64,000 nucleotides of DNA from Myxococcota bacterium (GTDB taxonomy: Bacteria > Myxococcota_A > SURF-8). Each line of letters starts with the position of its first letter. The first letter of the stretch is position 1. The notes under the pieces were generated by a model. It saw only the letters and a list, made by a program, of their open reading frames with translations. It searched no databases and had not been told where the DNA came from. The DNA lies in assembly GCA_963674735.2 (NCBI GenBank), contig CAXXQS010000002.1, forward strand, positions 2,208,001-2,272,000, given 5' to 3'. The position numbers and the translations under genes are program-made. Shown here piece by piece: positions 20,754-30,591 of the stretch.

Positions 20754-21860
20754 TTACTTGGCGCGCAGAATCTTGTAGCTGGCCTGTTTCCCTTGGATCT
20801 TCATGATACCGGCCATGCCGCGGGAGATGCTTCCGTCGTTCATGTTCCACGGATCCGAGTCGCAGGGACCGGGATTGAGGAACAAGTTGTTGTACGGTTT
20901 ACCCGCTTCCAGCACCGTTTTGTGATCGGGACCGACCGCTTTTCCACCCGCCTCGTGGATGTTGCCGAAAATACCGAAAGGAATGTTGGCATCGGCAATC
21001 AGCTTGGTGATGCGCGGATCCCCGACATTTCCGGCTTCAACGGCGTTGTCGATGGCATCTTTTCCCGCACCGCGGGGTGGCCCATGGCTTACGAGAAGCG
21101 CGGAGTTTTTCACTTCCGCCACGAGTTTCTGCGTTTCGGCGACCTGAGCTTCACCGTAGTTGCAGGCAGGCGGATGATGGATGTAATTCGCGTCGTAATA
21201 GCCCGGAAGGGAAACCAGCGTCACCGCTCCCAGGTCCGCCAGGCGTACCCGGTTGAGATTGACGAGGTTTTTGTATTGGGCCTGGACCTCGGTGACGGCT
21301 TTAACGTAGTCGTCCTTGATTTCACGGTTGCCGATGATGACGAAAGTCAGCAGGCCGTGTTTGGCGATCGTTTCCAGGACGGACTTGAGCGCCGCGTATT
21401 TTTCCGAAACGTCACCAGTCAGCAGGATCGCATCCACGCCCTCTTTTTTGAAGGTGTCGATGAAGCTGTTGATGTTGCTCAAGTTCTTCGGGATGTTGTT
21501 TTTAATGTCCGTCAGAACTCCCAGAACCAGCGGTTTGGCTGCATCGGCGTTGAGCGCCTTGAGACGGTAGCCGTTAACCACTTGATACTTCTTGCCGTTT
21601 GCCTCGATGGTGAGGGCGGCGGCGGCCGGGTCGTCATGACCGAAGCAGTCGGGATTGACGGCCGGAGCGGTCTTGACGGTTTTTTCGGACGCTTTCTTTT
21701 TGGCTTCATCAGCCTTCTTTTTGGCGTCTACCGCATTTTGTTCTTTCTTTTCGACCACCTGGGGCTTCTTGTCTTTGTAAGACTTCTCACATCCCGTCAA
21801 AAAAGATGCAGAGAAGGTCAGCGCCACCAGGATGACCAACAACAATTGAAGGTGTTTCAT
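20754..21860 (-). CDS. lipoprotein, Icc-like metallophosphoesterase
   Basis: LTGC lipobox; TGD, GNRE, SHGPP, GNIHE, NPG motifs. Confidence 0.78.
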   Translation of the reverse strand: MKHLQLLLVILVALTFSASFLTGCEKSYKDKKPQVVEKKEQNAVDAKKKADEAKKKASEKTVKTAPAVNPDCFGHDDPAAAALTIEANGKKYQVVNGYRLKALNADAAKPLVLGVLTDIKNNIPKNLSNINSFIDTFKKEGVDAILLTGDVSEKYAALKSVLETIAKHGLLTFVIIGNREIKDDYVKAVTEVQAQYKNLVNLNRVRLADLGAVTLVSLPGYYDANYIHHPPACNYGEAQVAETQKLVAEVKNSALLVSHGPPRGAGKDAIDNAVEAGNVGDPRITKLIADANIPFGIFGNIHEAGGKAVGPDHKTVLEAGKPYNNLFLNPGPCDSDPWNMNDGSISRGMAGIMKIQGKQASYKILRAK

Positions 21861-22022
21861 GGTCTCTCCTTACCTCTTCAATCTGTGCATTACGGCTCAT
21901 TACCCCGAAACTTATGGTGATTTGCGTAGATTAGGGGTCGTTTCGGGAAACAGAGTATAACGAATCGCGCACGGGAGTAAAGAACTTTTTCCAGGTTTGA
22001 TCTTTCCCCCGCGAGTTTCTCT

Positions 22023-23021
22023 TCATTGACAGGCTTCCAGCCCCGGTGCCGGCGGGCTATAAATGCCTGCGCTTTGGTAGCCCTCGCAGTCCTCTTCGAT
22101 CAACCGTTGCCGGTCGTACCATTCGGTGGAACCGTCCGGACAATAAACGGTAACGGTTTCCGTTAGCAGATCGACGGAATAGCTGCCCAGGGTATTTCCG
22201 GAGTTGTCATAGTAAATCATAACGCCGTTGATCATATCGGGGACGATTCTGTAGCAGTATCCCTGCGGTGACAAGGCTTCATAGCTGGTGCTGGGATCGG
22301 TGTACCAACGCCAGGTCGAACCGTCGGAGAACAGAAACTCATACCCTATGATCTCGTCTTCGTCTTTGATGTACGAGCAGGAAGAGAAGGATTCCGCAGG
22401 ATTGAGCTTGTCGAAGCAGGTCATGCTTTCATACATGCAACCTTCTTTGAATGCGGCACAGCCCAGTTTCTCGCCGGTGCCATCGCCGTCCACGACGCTG
22501 CTGGGGATGCAATCCCCGTCATCGCAAATCAGCCCGCTTGAGGGGCAATCCGCGTCGACCACACACGACAGGCAAACATAGTTGGTGAGGTCGCAAAGAT
22601 TCGATTCGCAATCCTCATGGGCATTACATTCACGCGAGATGCAATAGCCCTGATAACACGTGTGATCGAAACGGGTGCAGTCTGCGCTTTCGGTGCAGCT
22701 TTTCTGACGGCAGATCAGGTCGATGCAGTATTTCGGGTCGTCGCAGTCATTGTCGATGCTACATTCGACTTCTTTGCAGCAGCCGCGTTCGGTGAGGCAC
22801 GAATAACCCGAAGGACAGTCGCTGCGGGTTTCGCAGGGGGTGCAGGCCTCGCAAAATCCGTCCGGTGAGCAGGTGTTTCCGGTGGGACAATCCTCATCCA
22901 GCGTACAATCGACCTGATCGTCGATCCCATCGTCGTCTTCGTCCGAGCCGCAAGCCCAGATCCCCAGTAGAATGACCATCATGGATAAGGCCAAAGATCC
23001 ATACAACCCGATTCGACTCAT
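22023..23021 (-). CDS. cysteine-rich repeat lipoprotein
   Basis: IWAC lipobox; repeated C-x4-DC-x4/5-C-x4/5-C units. Confidence 0.8.
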   Translation of the reverse strand: MSRIGLYGSLALSMMVILLGIWACGSDEDDDGIDDQVDCTLDEDCPTGNTCSPDGFCEACTPCETRSDCPSGYSCLTERGCCKEVECSIDNDCDDPKYCIDLICRQKSCTESADCTRFDHTCYQGYCISRECNAHEDCESNLCDLTNYVCLSCVVDADCPSSGLICDDGDCIPSSVVDGDGTGEKLGCAAFKEGCMYESMTCFDKLNPAESFSSCSYIKDEDEIIGYEFLFSDGSTWRWYTDPSTSYEALSPQGYCYRIVPDMINGVMIYYDNSGNTLGSYSVDLLTETVTVYCPDGSTEWYDRQRLIEEDCEGYQSAGIYSPPAPGLEACQ

Positions 23022-23206
23022 GAGACACCTCGCTTTTCATCCCATTTTCCGTGTCATGATCTATAGCGGATGTGGGTCGGGACGTCAAGTTCTGCGGTCA
23101 ACAGAAAGGATAAAAGTTATGGGAAAACTTGACGTTCCATACTCAAACATTCACAATGACCTGATTGAATGAAACCGCGCACAAAAAACGGGAGAAGGAG
23201 GAGCGG

Positions 23207-23596
23207 ATGCCTGCCTTGGGGAGAATGCTGCGACAGCGGCGGGGAGCCAGTTCTTTGGGGAATCTCGGGATTTCGATCGGTATTGTGGTTGTCATTACGG
23301 CATTGTACGTTTTTGTGCCACCTTACTTCAACAACTGGAAACTGGGAACCATGCTTCGGTCGGTGGCCGAAAAATCGGCGGGACTCGAGTCGGCCGAGGC
23401 TGTCACCCTATATGCCATCGAGGAACTCAAACAGCAGAACTATTACTTCAGACCGGAAAACATGAAGGTCAAGAAGGAAGGGCGGTTTGTGGATATTGCC
23501 GTCCATTACAAGGTGGATGCCTTCATACCATTCACGGATTTCGGGTTGACTATCGCCTTTGAACGGGAAGGCAGCAACCGCGGATTCAACAACTAA
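23207..23596 (+). CDS. DUF4845-like small protein with prepilin-like N-terminus
   Basis: RQRRG-ASS followed by a hydrophobic helix, then PPY; AGGAGG RBS. Confidence 0.6.
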   Translation: MPALGRMLRQRRGASSLGNLGISIGIVVVITALYVFVPPYFNNWKLGTMLRSVAEKSAGLESAEAVTLYAIEELKQQNYYFRPENMKVKKEGRFVDIAVHYKVDAFIPFTDFGLTIAFEREGSNRGFNN

Positions 23597-23676
23597 CTTC
23601 GGATGCTTGCTTTCAATCGGACGGGGGTGTAAGATGCGCGCGCGGTTACGTGTTTGAACGTGCGTAAGGAGGTCTT

Positions 23677-24231
23677 GTGAAACGGAGTTGGTGTGCATGG
23701 TTTATCGGTCTGGCGGCGGGGCTTTTTGCCTGCGGCGATGGGAGTACGCCGATTCCGATACTGGAAGATCAAACCTTCGAATTGTTGGATGATTGCGTGA
23801 CGGATTTCAGCGCCGAAGAAGGGGATTGCCTGTCGATCGTGGACGGGCGGGTGGAACCCTTTTGCAGCGCTCGCGAAGATCAATGCGTGGAACATTTTTA
23901 CGTTACGGAAAATCGAGGCCGCCCGTTTTTTGTCCATGTCAATGCCTATTATCCCTGTTATCCCCAATGGGTCTTCGATCGCTATAACGACGCGGAATCG
24001 GATTTCTTTCTGAGTGATGTTTACCGCAAAGTCAGTTTGGAATTAGCGTCGGATGTGGTTGATGACAACGTTCATATCATTGAAGTCTTGCGCGATCCGG
24101 ACATCCAGACCGACGGTATGTGTTACTATCGTCTCGAAGCCAGTATTACCGATCTGACTCGTGGCGAATACAATCTGACTCTCTGGAATCCCAAGCACGA
24201 ATTGATTCTGCGCACCGTCTTCACCAAATAA
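23677..24231 (+). CDS. hypothetical lipoprotein
   Basis: LFAC lipobox, AAGGAGG RBS. Confidence 0.75.
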   Translation: MKRSWCAWFIGLAAGLFACGDGSTPIPILEDQTFELLDDCVTDFSAEEGDCLSIVDGRVEPFCSAREDQCVEHFYVTENRGRPFFVHVNAYYPCYPQWVFDRYNDAESDFFLSDVYRKVSLELASDVVDDNVHIIEVLRDPDIQTDGMCYYRLEASITDLTRGEYNLTLWNPKHELILRTVFTK

Positions 24232-24250
24232 ACGACGGAGGCGACTGACC

Positions 24251-25057
24251 ATGCAAGGTTCCAGCGCCCCCGCCGCCATTTACCCGCCGAATTTGGTTGT
24301 TCGGGCGCTGATGTCCGTTTTGACCTTCTTTGCCGAAACCGGGCGTATTGTCCGGTTTTTCATTCGTATTCTGCAAACTACTGTCACCCATTTACCGCCC
24401 AGACGCGAGTTTCTTCAGCAACTCTTCGAAGTCGGCATCGATTCGCTACCGGTTTTGGCTGCGGTCTCCGTGTTTATCGGGATGAACGTCGCATTGGAAG
24501 GTTATGCCACCTTTCTCAGCTTCGGCGGTGAGTCGATGGTGGGGGTTTTCGCCGGTTTGACGGAAGTACGTGAGTTGTGCCCAGCGATCGCGGCCGGTAT
24601 TCTAACGGCCAAAGCGGGGACGCGTATGGCGGCTTCCATCGGATTGATGCGCATCAAGGAGCAGATCGACGCTCTGGAAGTGATGGCGGTCGATCCGATG
24701 CAATACATTGTTTTACCGCGCTTTCTGGCGACGGTCATCATGATTCCCTGTCTGATCCTCGTTTCCGATGCCTTGGCCATCGGGGCTACGTATGTGGTCA
24801 GTACGGTGCAATTGGATCTTGATCCGGGATCTTTCTGGAGCTACACGGTCAGCTACATTCACTTCAGCGATATCATCAACGGTATGATCAAGGGCGTTTG
24901 TTTCGGGGCCATCATCGCCGCCATGAGCTGTTATTTCGGGTTTGTGGCCGAGCGCGGGCCCGAAGGCGTCGGTCGCGCCACCAATAAAGCGGTGGTGATT
25001 ACCGGGTTGGTTGTCATTCTGGTGAACTTGTTGTTGACGGACATCATGTACAATTAA
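24251..25057 (+). CDS. mlaE: MlaE/YrbE-family ABC permease
   Basis: VRELCP, MRIKEQIDALEVMAVDP, PRF, GPEGVGRATNKAVV. Confidence 0.9.
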   Translation: MQGSSAPAAIYPPNLVVRALMSVLTFFAETGRIVRFFIRILQTTVTHLPPRREFLQQLFEVGIDSLPVLAAVSVFIGMNVALEGYATFLSFGGESMVGVFAGLTEVRELCPAIAAGILTAKAGTRMAASIGLMRIKEQIDALEVMAVDPMQYIVLPRFLATVIMIPCLILVSDALAIGATYVVSTVQLDLDPGSFWSYTVSYIHFSDIINGMIKGVCFGAIIAAMSCYFGFVAERGPEGVGRATNKAVVITGLVVILVNLLLTDIMYN

Positions 25058-25061
25058 ACGC

Positions 25062-25757
25062 ATGGAGCGGATGGCCATGGCGAAGACGGTCTGGTTGGCC
25101 TGGAGCGGTGGCAAAGACAGCGCGGCAGCTTTGGACGCGTTGCGAAAAGATCGCCGTTTCAAGGTGACAGCCCTGCTGACCACCGTCACCGAGGATGTGG
25201 AGCGTATCAGCATGCATGGTGTGCGTTTGACGCTTCTGAAAGCCCAGGCGGCGGCGGTTGGACTGCCCCTGGAGATCGTTTGGATTCCGGCTTCCTGCAG
25301 CAATGCGATTTATGAACGGCGGATGCGTGCGGCGTTGGAGCGGGGCCGTGAAAACGGCCTATCCGGTGTGGCTTTCGGTGATTTGTTTCTGGAAGATTTA
25401 CGCCGCTATCGCGAGGAACGTCTGGCTGAAGTGGGGTTGAAGGCTTTCTTTCCGATCTGGAGCCGAGACACAGCCGGGCTGGCGCGGCATTTCATCGAGC
25501 AGGGCTTTCGTGCCATCCTGACTTGTGTCGATACCGAGGCGTTGGATGGCGGTTTTGCCGGTCGTGGCTACACCCGTTCGTTGTTGAGTGATTTACCGCG
25601 TCGTGTGGACCCTTGCGGCGAAAACGGCGAATTTCACAGCTTTGTTTACGATGGTCCGATCTTTTCGGCTCCCGTTGCCTGTCACCGAGGCTTGATGGTG
25701 CTGCGGGATGGACGCTTCATGTACTGCGATCTCCTGCCTGATGAAACCGCCCGGTAA
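25062..25757 (+). CDS. PP-loop ATPase, diphthine-ammonia ligase (MJ0570) family
   Basis: WSGGKDS, FGDLFLED, DPCGENGEFHSFV. Confidence 0.88.
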   Translation: MERMAMAKTVWLAWSGGKDSAAALDALRKDRRFKVTALLTTVTEDVERISMHGVRLTLLKAQAAAVGLPLEIVWIPASCSNAIYERRMRAALERGRENGLSGVAFGDLFLEDLRRYREERLAEVGLKAFFPIWSRDTAGLARHFIEQGFRAILTCVDTEALDGGFAGRGYTRSLLSDLPRRVDPCGENGEFHSFVYDGPIFSAPVACHRGLMVLRDGRFMYCDLLPDETAR

Positions 25758-25870
25758 TTCACCTTCGTTTGACTTGCATGTCATGGCTTTGCATGTTAAC
25801 GGGGGAAGTGGGTCATCTTTTCTTTGCAATTATTCTGTTTTTTGTGTTTGAGACAAAGAGGGAGGCATCC

Positions 25871-26161
25871 ATGCGGCGACGTTCAAGTTGGCTGGAACTC
25901 GCTATTTCGATTCTGATTATGGTGCTTGTGCTCTATTTCCTGTTGGAGTACGCCAACAGAACCGACGATGGTGTTTCCGAGTCCTTCGAAGCAACGGTCG
26001 AGGATGTAAACGGCGGTTTGAGAGAGCGTTATAAAGCCGATACCGGTATGGACTTGTTCAACGAATACGAAGAAGACAATCGCCGTTTCATCCCCACGGA
26101 AGAGCTCATCGAACAAGGAAAAAACGAACCGTCTTTCGTTCCAACCTATCCCGATCATTGA
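25871..26161 (+). CDS. small membrane-anchored hypothetical protein
   Basis: GGAGG RBS, single pilin-like N-terminal TM. Confidence 0.6.
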   Translation: MRRRSSWLELAISILIMVLVLYFLLEYANRTDDGVSESFEATVEDVNGGLRERYKADTGMDLFNEYEEDNRRFIPTEELIEQGKNEPSFVPTYPDH

Positions 26162-26166
26162 TGAAA

Positions 26167-26193
26167 ATGCCCGACCTTATCAAGGCCGGGCAT
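26167..26193. terminator. hairpin between convergent genes
   Basis: ATGCCCGACCTT/AAGGCCGGGCAT imperfect inverted repeat. Confidence 0.55.
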
Positions 26194-26223
26194 AGATGAT
26201 ATCAAGATCGATTGAGCGGGTGC

Positions 26224-27291
26224 TTAGATGCACGCTCCATCCTGGCAGGTTTGTTCGTCATCCTCGCAATCTTTCCAGTCCGACCAGCCTTTGCCGTCGA
26301 AATTGCACTGCTGGACCGTATTGCCGGAGCAGCGACGCTCGGAAAAGGGGACACAGACGGTATCGGTGATGCAGGCGGCCTGAATGCAATCGGTGCCGAG
26401 GAAACTGCCACAAACACAGGTTTCACCGTCGCCGCAGTTTTCCGACAACACCCAGCCGGTTCCCTGGCTGTTGCATTGTTCCACGCGTTTCATTTCGTTG
26501 GTGCAGCGATAGCGGTTGGGGGTGCATTCCGACCCGCCTTCGCAGATGCCGTTAATGCAGGTTTGAGACGCGGCGCAGGGCATGAGCGTCCATTCGGTTC
26601 CAGCGGTGTTGCAGGTGGCCACGGCGTTGGTTCCCTGCGGGTCGCAGCGCTGCTGGCCATCCTGACAGATGATCTTGGGGCCGCAATAAGCATCGATGTC
26701 TTCTTGGACGCAGGTGCCATTGAGACAGGGGTCTTCGATGCGCCAGGCCGAACCGTCTTCTTCGCAGTGTTGAACTTGGTTGGTGTAACAGCGTTCGGTG
26801 CCGGGTTCACAGAGGGTGGACTCTTCTTCCGGTGCGTCCTGATCACCGTCGGGATCCTCGGCGCAGGCATTCTGTTCGCAGCCGAATTCGCAATCCTCGT
26901 AAAATCCCCAATCATAACGGTTATTTTGAAGCTGGCATTGCTCCAGGACGCTGCCCTGGCAGCGCCAGTCGCCGGAAATACAGTCTCCGACCGGCTCATC
27001 GCCGTCGGGTGCATCGCCATCGGTCGGGTCGTCGCCGTCAGTGGCGTATTCGGTGCACTGACCGGTCGTCTGGCCGGTTTGAATGTTGCAGTATTCACCC
27101 CCCAGGCAGTCGGTGTCGGCGCTGCATTCGAGTGTGGTGCAGACCTGATTCAGGCAGCGGCTTCCATACGGACAATCCGTGTTGAGGGTGCAGCTTTGTC
27201 CGTCGTTATCGGTGTCCGAGTCATCTCCGTTGCACCCGGGGGCGCAAACCAATACGGCGGCCAGGACCAGCAGCAATGTCCACGTACGCAT
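26224..27291 (-). CDS. cysteine-rich repeat lipoprotein
   Basis: APGC lipobox; about five C..G..RC...V.QC...G..W...C repeats; DGD linkers. Confidence 0.82.
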   Translation of the reverse strand: MRTWTLLLVLAAVLVCAPGCNGDDSDTDNDGQSCTLNTDCPYGSRCLNQVCTTLECSADTDCLGGEYCNIQTGQTTGQCTEYATDGDDPTDGDAPDGDEPVGDCISGDWRCQGSVLEQCQLQNNRYDWGFYEDCEFGCEQNACAEDPDGDQDAPEEESTLCEPGTERCYTNQVQHCEEDGSAWRIEDPCLNGTCVQEDIDAYCGPKIICQDGQQRCDPQGTNAVATCNTAGTEWTLMPCAASQTCINGICEGGSECTPNRYRCTNEMKRVEQCNSQGTGWVLSENCGDGETCVCGSFLGTDCIQAACITDTVCVPFSERRCSGNTVQQCNFDGKGWSDWKDCEDDEQTCQDGACI

Positions 27292-27406
27292 CCTCTTATC
27301 CTCCTTGTCGCCGGTGCACGGCACTGACAGTCTCTCCAACGGTTCCGTGGCGGAATCGTCGATTATTTTACCTCGAACGTCGTATGAAAGGCAAGCCGAC
27401 TCGCGG

Positions 27407-28036
27407 CTATTTGGTTTTTAAGCTTTTTACCGCCTGTGCGATGTCTTCCGGGCGGTAGCCCACGATGGTGCGCCCGCCGACTTCCATAACCGGGACGACG
27501 GCGCTTCCGCCCGTGAGCTGCTGCAGCGCTCTCAGCCCGCGTGGATCTTTTTCCACATTGATATCGGCATAGGGAACGCCGAGTTTTTTGAGCAAGGCAT
27601 GCGTTTTCTGACACTTCGGGCAGCTGGGGATGTAGTACAGGATCACTCGGCGGGCGGTACTGATGTTCGGTGTGCGGGGCGGTTCCGGTTCTTTGGTATC
27701 GAAGTCGATCGAGCCGGGGTTGAACGTTTTGTTGTCCAGTACCGTGACTTCCGGGAGCATGACGTCGGAGGCGGAATCGCGGAATTTTTCCGGGATGGCG
27801 GCTTCGTCGTCCGTGTAATGAATGGTGCCCTTGTCATCCGCCCACTTGTAGAAGGGTTTCGGTGGTTTGGGCGGGGCTTCCGGTTTATCCGGGTTATCCG
27901 GGGCGCTGGGATTCTTGGTTGCCGATTTGACCGCAGCGTCGGAAGTTCCGGACATTGGCTTGTACACCCGATCATAGTAGAAGTAACCGGAGATACCAAG
28001 CACTGCGATGAAAAACAGCAGGCGATTGAAAGACAT
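27407..28036 (-). CDS. DUF4124 plus glutaredoxin (NrdH-like) domain protein
   Basis: YKWADDKGTIHYTD; CPKC; VPV; N-terminal TM. Confidence 0.85.
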   Translation of the reverse strand: MSFNRLLFFIAVLGISGYFYYDRVYKPMSGTSDAAVKSATKNPSAPDNPDKPEAPPKPPKPFYKWADDKGTIHYTDDEAAIPEKFRDSASDVMLPEVTVLDNKTFNPGSIDFDTKEPEPPRTPNISTARRVILYYIPSCPKCQKTHALLKKLGVPYADINVEKDPRGLRALQQLTGGSAVVPVMEVGGRTIVGYRPEDIAQAVKSLKTK

Positions 28037-28113
28037 GGGCCACCTCGGCTTGAAAAATGATGTCTCAAAATAGCACCGACGGCTCATGGGTGCAAGCTTA
28101 AGCTGTTCAACCC

Positions 28114-28296
28114 TAGGGCGGTTCAATTCTGATTGAGTCTCGAATCATCTTCGATGAATGATGGGTGGCACGGGCTAAACCGTTAGGTTTGCCCGTGAAA
28201 ACAGCATGGGCAAGCCAAAGGCTTGGCCCATGGCACCCCGTAAGCCGAATTAGAGTGGGTGGAAAACGGTGAAAAGCTTGGAAGTGAAACGCCGTG
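28114..28296 (+). mobile_element. 183-bp MITE copy 1 with internal REP doublet
   Basis: imperfect terminal inverted repeats; flanking 10-bp direct repeat TGTTCAACCC (28104-28113, 28297-28306); second copy at 60143-60325. Confidence 0.88.
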
Positions 28297-28384
28297 TGTT
28301 CAACCCTTTTCAACTCGGGCTTGCTTCTGTTAAGATGTCGTCTATTACGAATCATGATGGCCGGTTGGAAGGAGTTCGACTGAA

Positions 28385-29047
28385 ATGCCTCATCGCGCCG
28401 CGTTCTTCGATTTCGACAACACCTTGCTGGCGGGGGATTCCGCCAAAATGGGTATCCGCTTTCTCTGGGAGCAGGGACAAGTGCCGTTAAGCTACATTTT
28501 GCGCGTTATGCTGTTGAATCAGTTTTTCAAACGCGATCTCTATCCGGCCGAACGCATGGCGCGTTCATTGATCACCTACTATCGCGGTCGGCAACTGGCC
28601 GATTTCGAGGCCGGAGCGACCGAGTATTATCATGCTCACCTGAAGCCTCTGCTTGCTCCCGCGCTTCTCGAACGGGTGGAGGAGCATCGGCGGCGGGGCG
28701 ATAAGTTGGTGATTTTGTCCGCATCGGTGCGCTATTTGCTGACGCCGGTGGTGGAAGACCTGGGCTTCGATCACTTGCTGTGCACCGATTTGGAGGAGAA
28801 TGGTCAAGGGTTTCTTACGGGGCGAGCCAAAGGCTCTATTTGCATCGGCGAAGGCAAACGGCGGGCGGCCGAACGTCTGGCTATCGAGCAGGAACTCGAT
28901 CTGAGTCAGTCCACCGCCTATGGCGATCATCATTCCGATGAACCCATGCTGGCCATGGTGGGGCATCCCATTGCGGTTGAGCCGACGCCGCGCTTGCGCA
29001 TGATCGCCGAGGCGCGTGGCTGGTCTATCATGTCTCATGTCGAGTAA
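28385..29047 (+). CDS. HAD-IB family hydrolase
   Basis: FFDFDNTL, LSAS, K, AYGDHHSD. Confidence 0.9.
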   Translation: MPHRAAFFDFDNTLLAGDSAKMGIRFLWEQGQVPLSYILRVMLLNQFFKRDLYPAERMARSLITYYRGRQLADFEAGATEYYHAHLKPLLAPALLERVEEHRRRGDKLVILSASVRYLLTPVVEDLGFDHLLCTDLEENGQGFLTGRAKGSICIGEGKRRAAERLAIEQELDLSQSTAYGDHHSDEPMLAMVGHPIAVEPTPRLRMIAEARGWSIMSHVE

Positions 29048-30283
29048 TTAGGCGCTTTTAATGCGATTGCGTCCGGTCCGTTTGGCTTTGTAAAGGGCTT
29101 TGTCGGCGGCTTTCAACACGTCTTTCGGGTGGCGGTTGTGCTCGTTGGGCTGAGCGACGCCGAAACTCATCGTCACGGATACCTTGCCGCGGGTTTTGCG
29201 TTCTTTTCCGCCTCGTTGACGCAGGGTAAGCTGGGTCTCGGCTATTTTTTGGCGGGCTTCCTCCAGCCGTTCGGCGGCCTCGCGTGCGGTTAGACCATTG
29301 CATACAATCGTGAATTCCTCACCGCCATAACGGTAGGCAATGCCGGGCGTATGGCGTTCAAGGATGCCTCCCACCATGCGCAGCACGTCGTCGCCGGTGT
29401 CATGGCCGTATTTGTCGTTGAAACGTTTGAAATGATCGACATCTCCCATCGCCAGGGAATAGGAACCCACCAGCTTGGCGAGCTTTTCTTCCAAGGCGCG
29501 GCGGCCCGGCAAGCCGGTCAACTCATCGCGATAGGCGCGTCCCCAGGAGAGTAGATAAACACACCACAACATAATGAGCCCGGCGGCACCGAAACCGCAC
29601 AGTAGGACAACCGGTGTCGAGGCCGAGAACCACAGGGTGTTTTTCGAGGCCACAGCCAACGTGACGATCGTCGCAACGGCGGCGAAACCAGGTGCAATCA
29701 CCGGGTATTCCGTTCCCTTCAAACGCATCATGACGAAGATCGTCGTTGGAAGCAGGACAAGTATCGGCCAAGGAGCGTCGAGGGCGTTCCAAGGCTGCAA
29801 CAGCCAGGGCCAGGTTGTCGTCAGGGAGGTGAGTCCCTTGGCCAGTGGAGCGCGCGCGAGCCAGACAGTCAGCAGGGGAACGCTCACCACGGCCAGGCGG
29901 ATGAGTCCGAAGCGGTTGAGTAAGCCACGTTCCCGCAGCAACAAGAGAAGCAGAATCTGGATGGGCGTTACCAACATGACAAGATGGCGCAGAGGTGTTT
30001 CCAGGTTTCCGATTTGGGGATGAATCAACATCAGGATGCCGCTGCCCATCAGGGCCAGCAGTACAAGGCGCACCTGATTGAAGAGCAGAGCGGCCGGAAT
30101 TGGCAGGAGTAACAATGCCGTGGCCAGCAAGGCCGAGGCGGGTAGAGGCCAGCCGGTCTGCACGCTTTTCAGCCAATTGGTCAATTCTGATCCGTAAATG
30201 GCCGCCACAACGGGAGCGGCGGAGGCAGCCAAAACAGGAATGGAAAGGTGAATCCATCGACGCACGGGCGATCTCCGTTGCAA
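29048..30283 (-). CDS. membrane-bound diguanylate cyclase (GGDEF)
   Basis: DELTGLP, DVDHFKRFND, YRYGGEEF, ADKALYKAK; multi-TM N-terminus. Confidence 0.92.
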   Translation of the reverse strand: MQRRSPVRRWIHLSIPVLAASAAPVVAAIYGSELTNWLKSVQTGWPLPASALLATALLLLPIPAALLFNQVRLVLLALMGSGILMLIHPQIGNLETPLRHLVMLVTPIQILLLLLLRERGLLNRFGLIRLAVVSVPLLTVWLARAPLAKGLTSLTTTWPWLLQPWNALDAPWPILVLLPTTIFVMMRLKGTEYPVIAPGFAAVATIVTLAVASKNTLWFSASTPVVLLCGFGAAGLIMLWCVYLLSWGRAYRDELTGLPGRRALEEKLAKLVGSYSLAMGDVDHFKRFNDKYGHDTGDDVLRMVGGILERHTPGIAYRYGGEEFTIVCNGLTAREAAERLEEARQKIAETQLTLRQRGGKERKTRGKVSVTMSFGVAQPNEHNRHPKDVLKAADKALYKAKRTGRNRIKSA

Positions 30284-30500
30284 ATAGTTCCGTCATCATA
30301 CCTCCTTGGAAGTGAATCGCAAATTTTCGCGCGGGTAAATAAATAATTCGATCCAATCTCATCGCCATTTCATTCTGTAAAATCCATGAAGGTAGCGGCA
30401 TAAGTATTAGAAAATTCTATTGAATTACTCTCTAGCGAAAACGATGCGAAAGGATTTTTTTTACGATACTTCGACCCCGTTAGTAATAAATCATTGTAGG

Positions 30501-30519
30501 TGTGACGTATTCTGACACA
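30501..30519. promoter_or_regulatory. imperfect palindrome TGTGACGTATTCTGACACA
   Basis: 17/19 identical to the palindrome at 53007-53025; lies in a divergent intergenic region. Confidence 0.5.
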
Positions 30520-30591
30520 CTGTTCTAGTTTACTGAATCAGAAGGAACCTTGTCCTGTTTTTGACTCATTACACGTCGAAAAGGAAAAAGC

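Noticed and set aside
26212-27327. 371-aa plus-strand ORF, and similar long antisense ORFs (20673-21920, 49416-50408, 58543-59904)
   Set aside because: Shadow frames opposite well-supported genes, expected at this GC content
28113-28355. Short ORFs over the repeat (also 60024-60233)
   Set aside because: They lie within the MITE and show no transposase motifs
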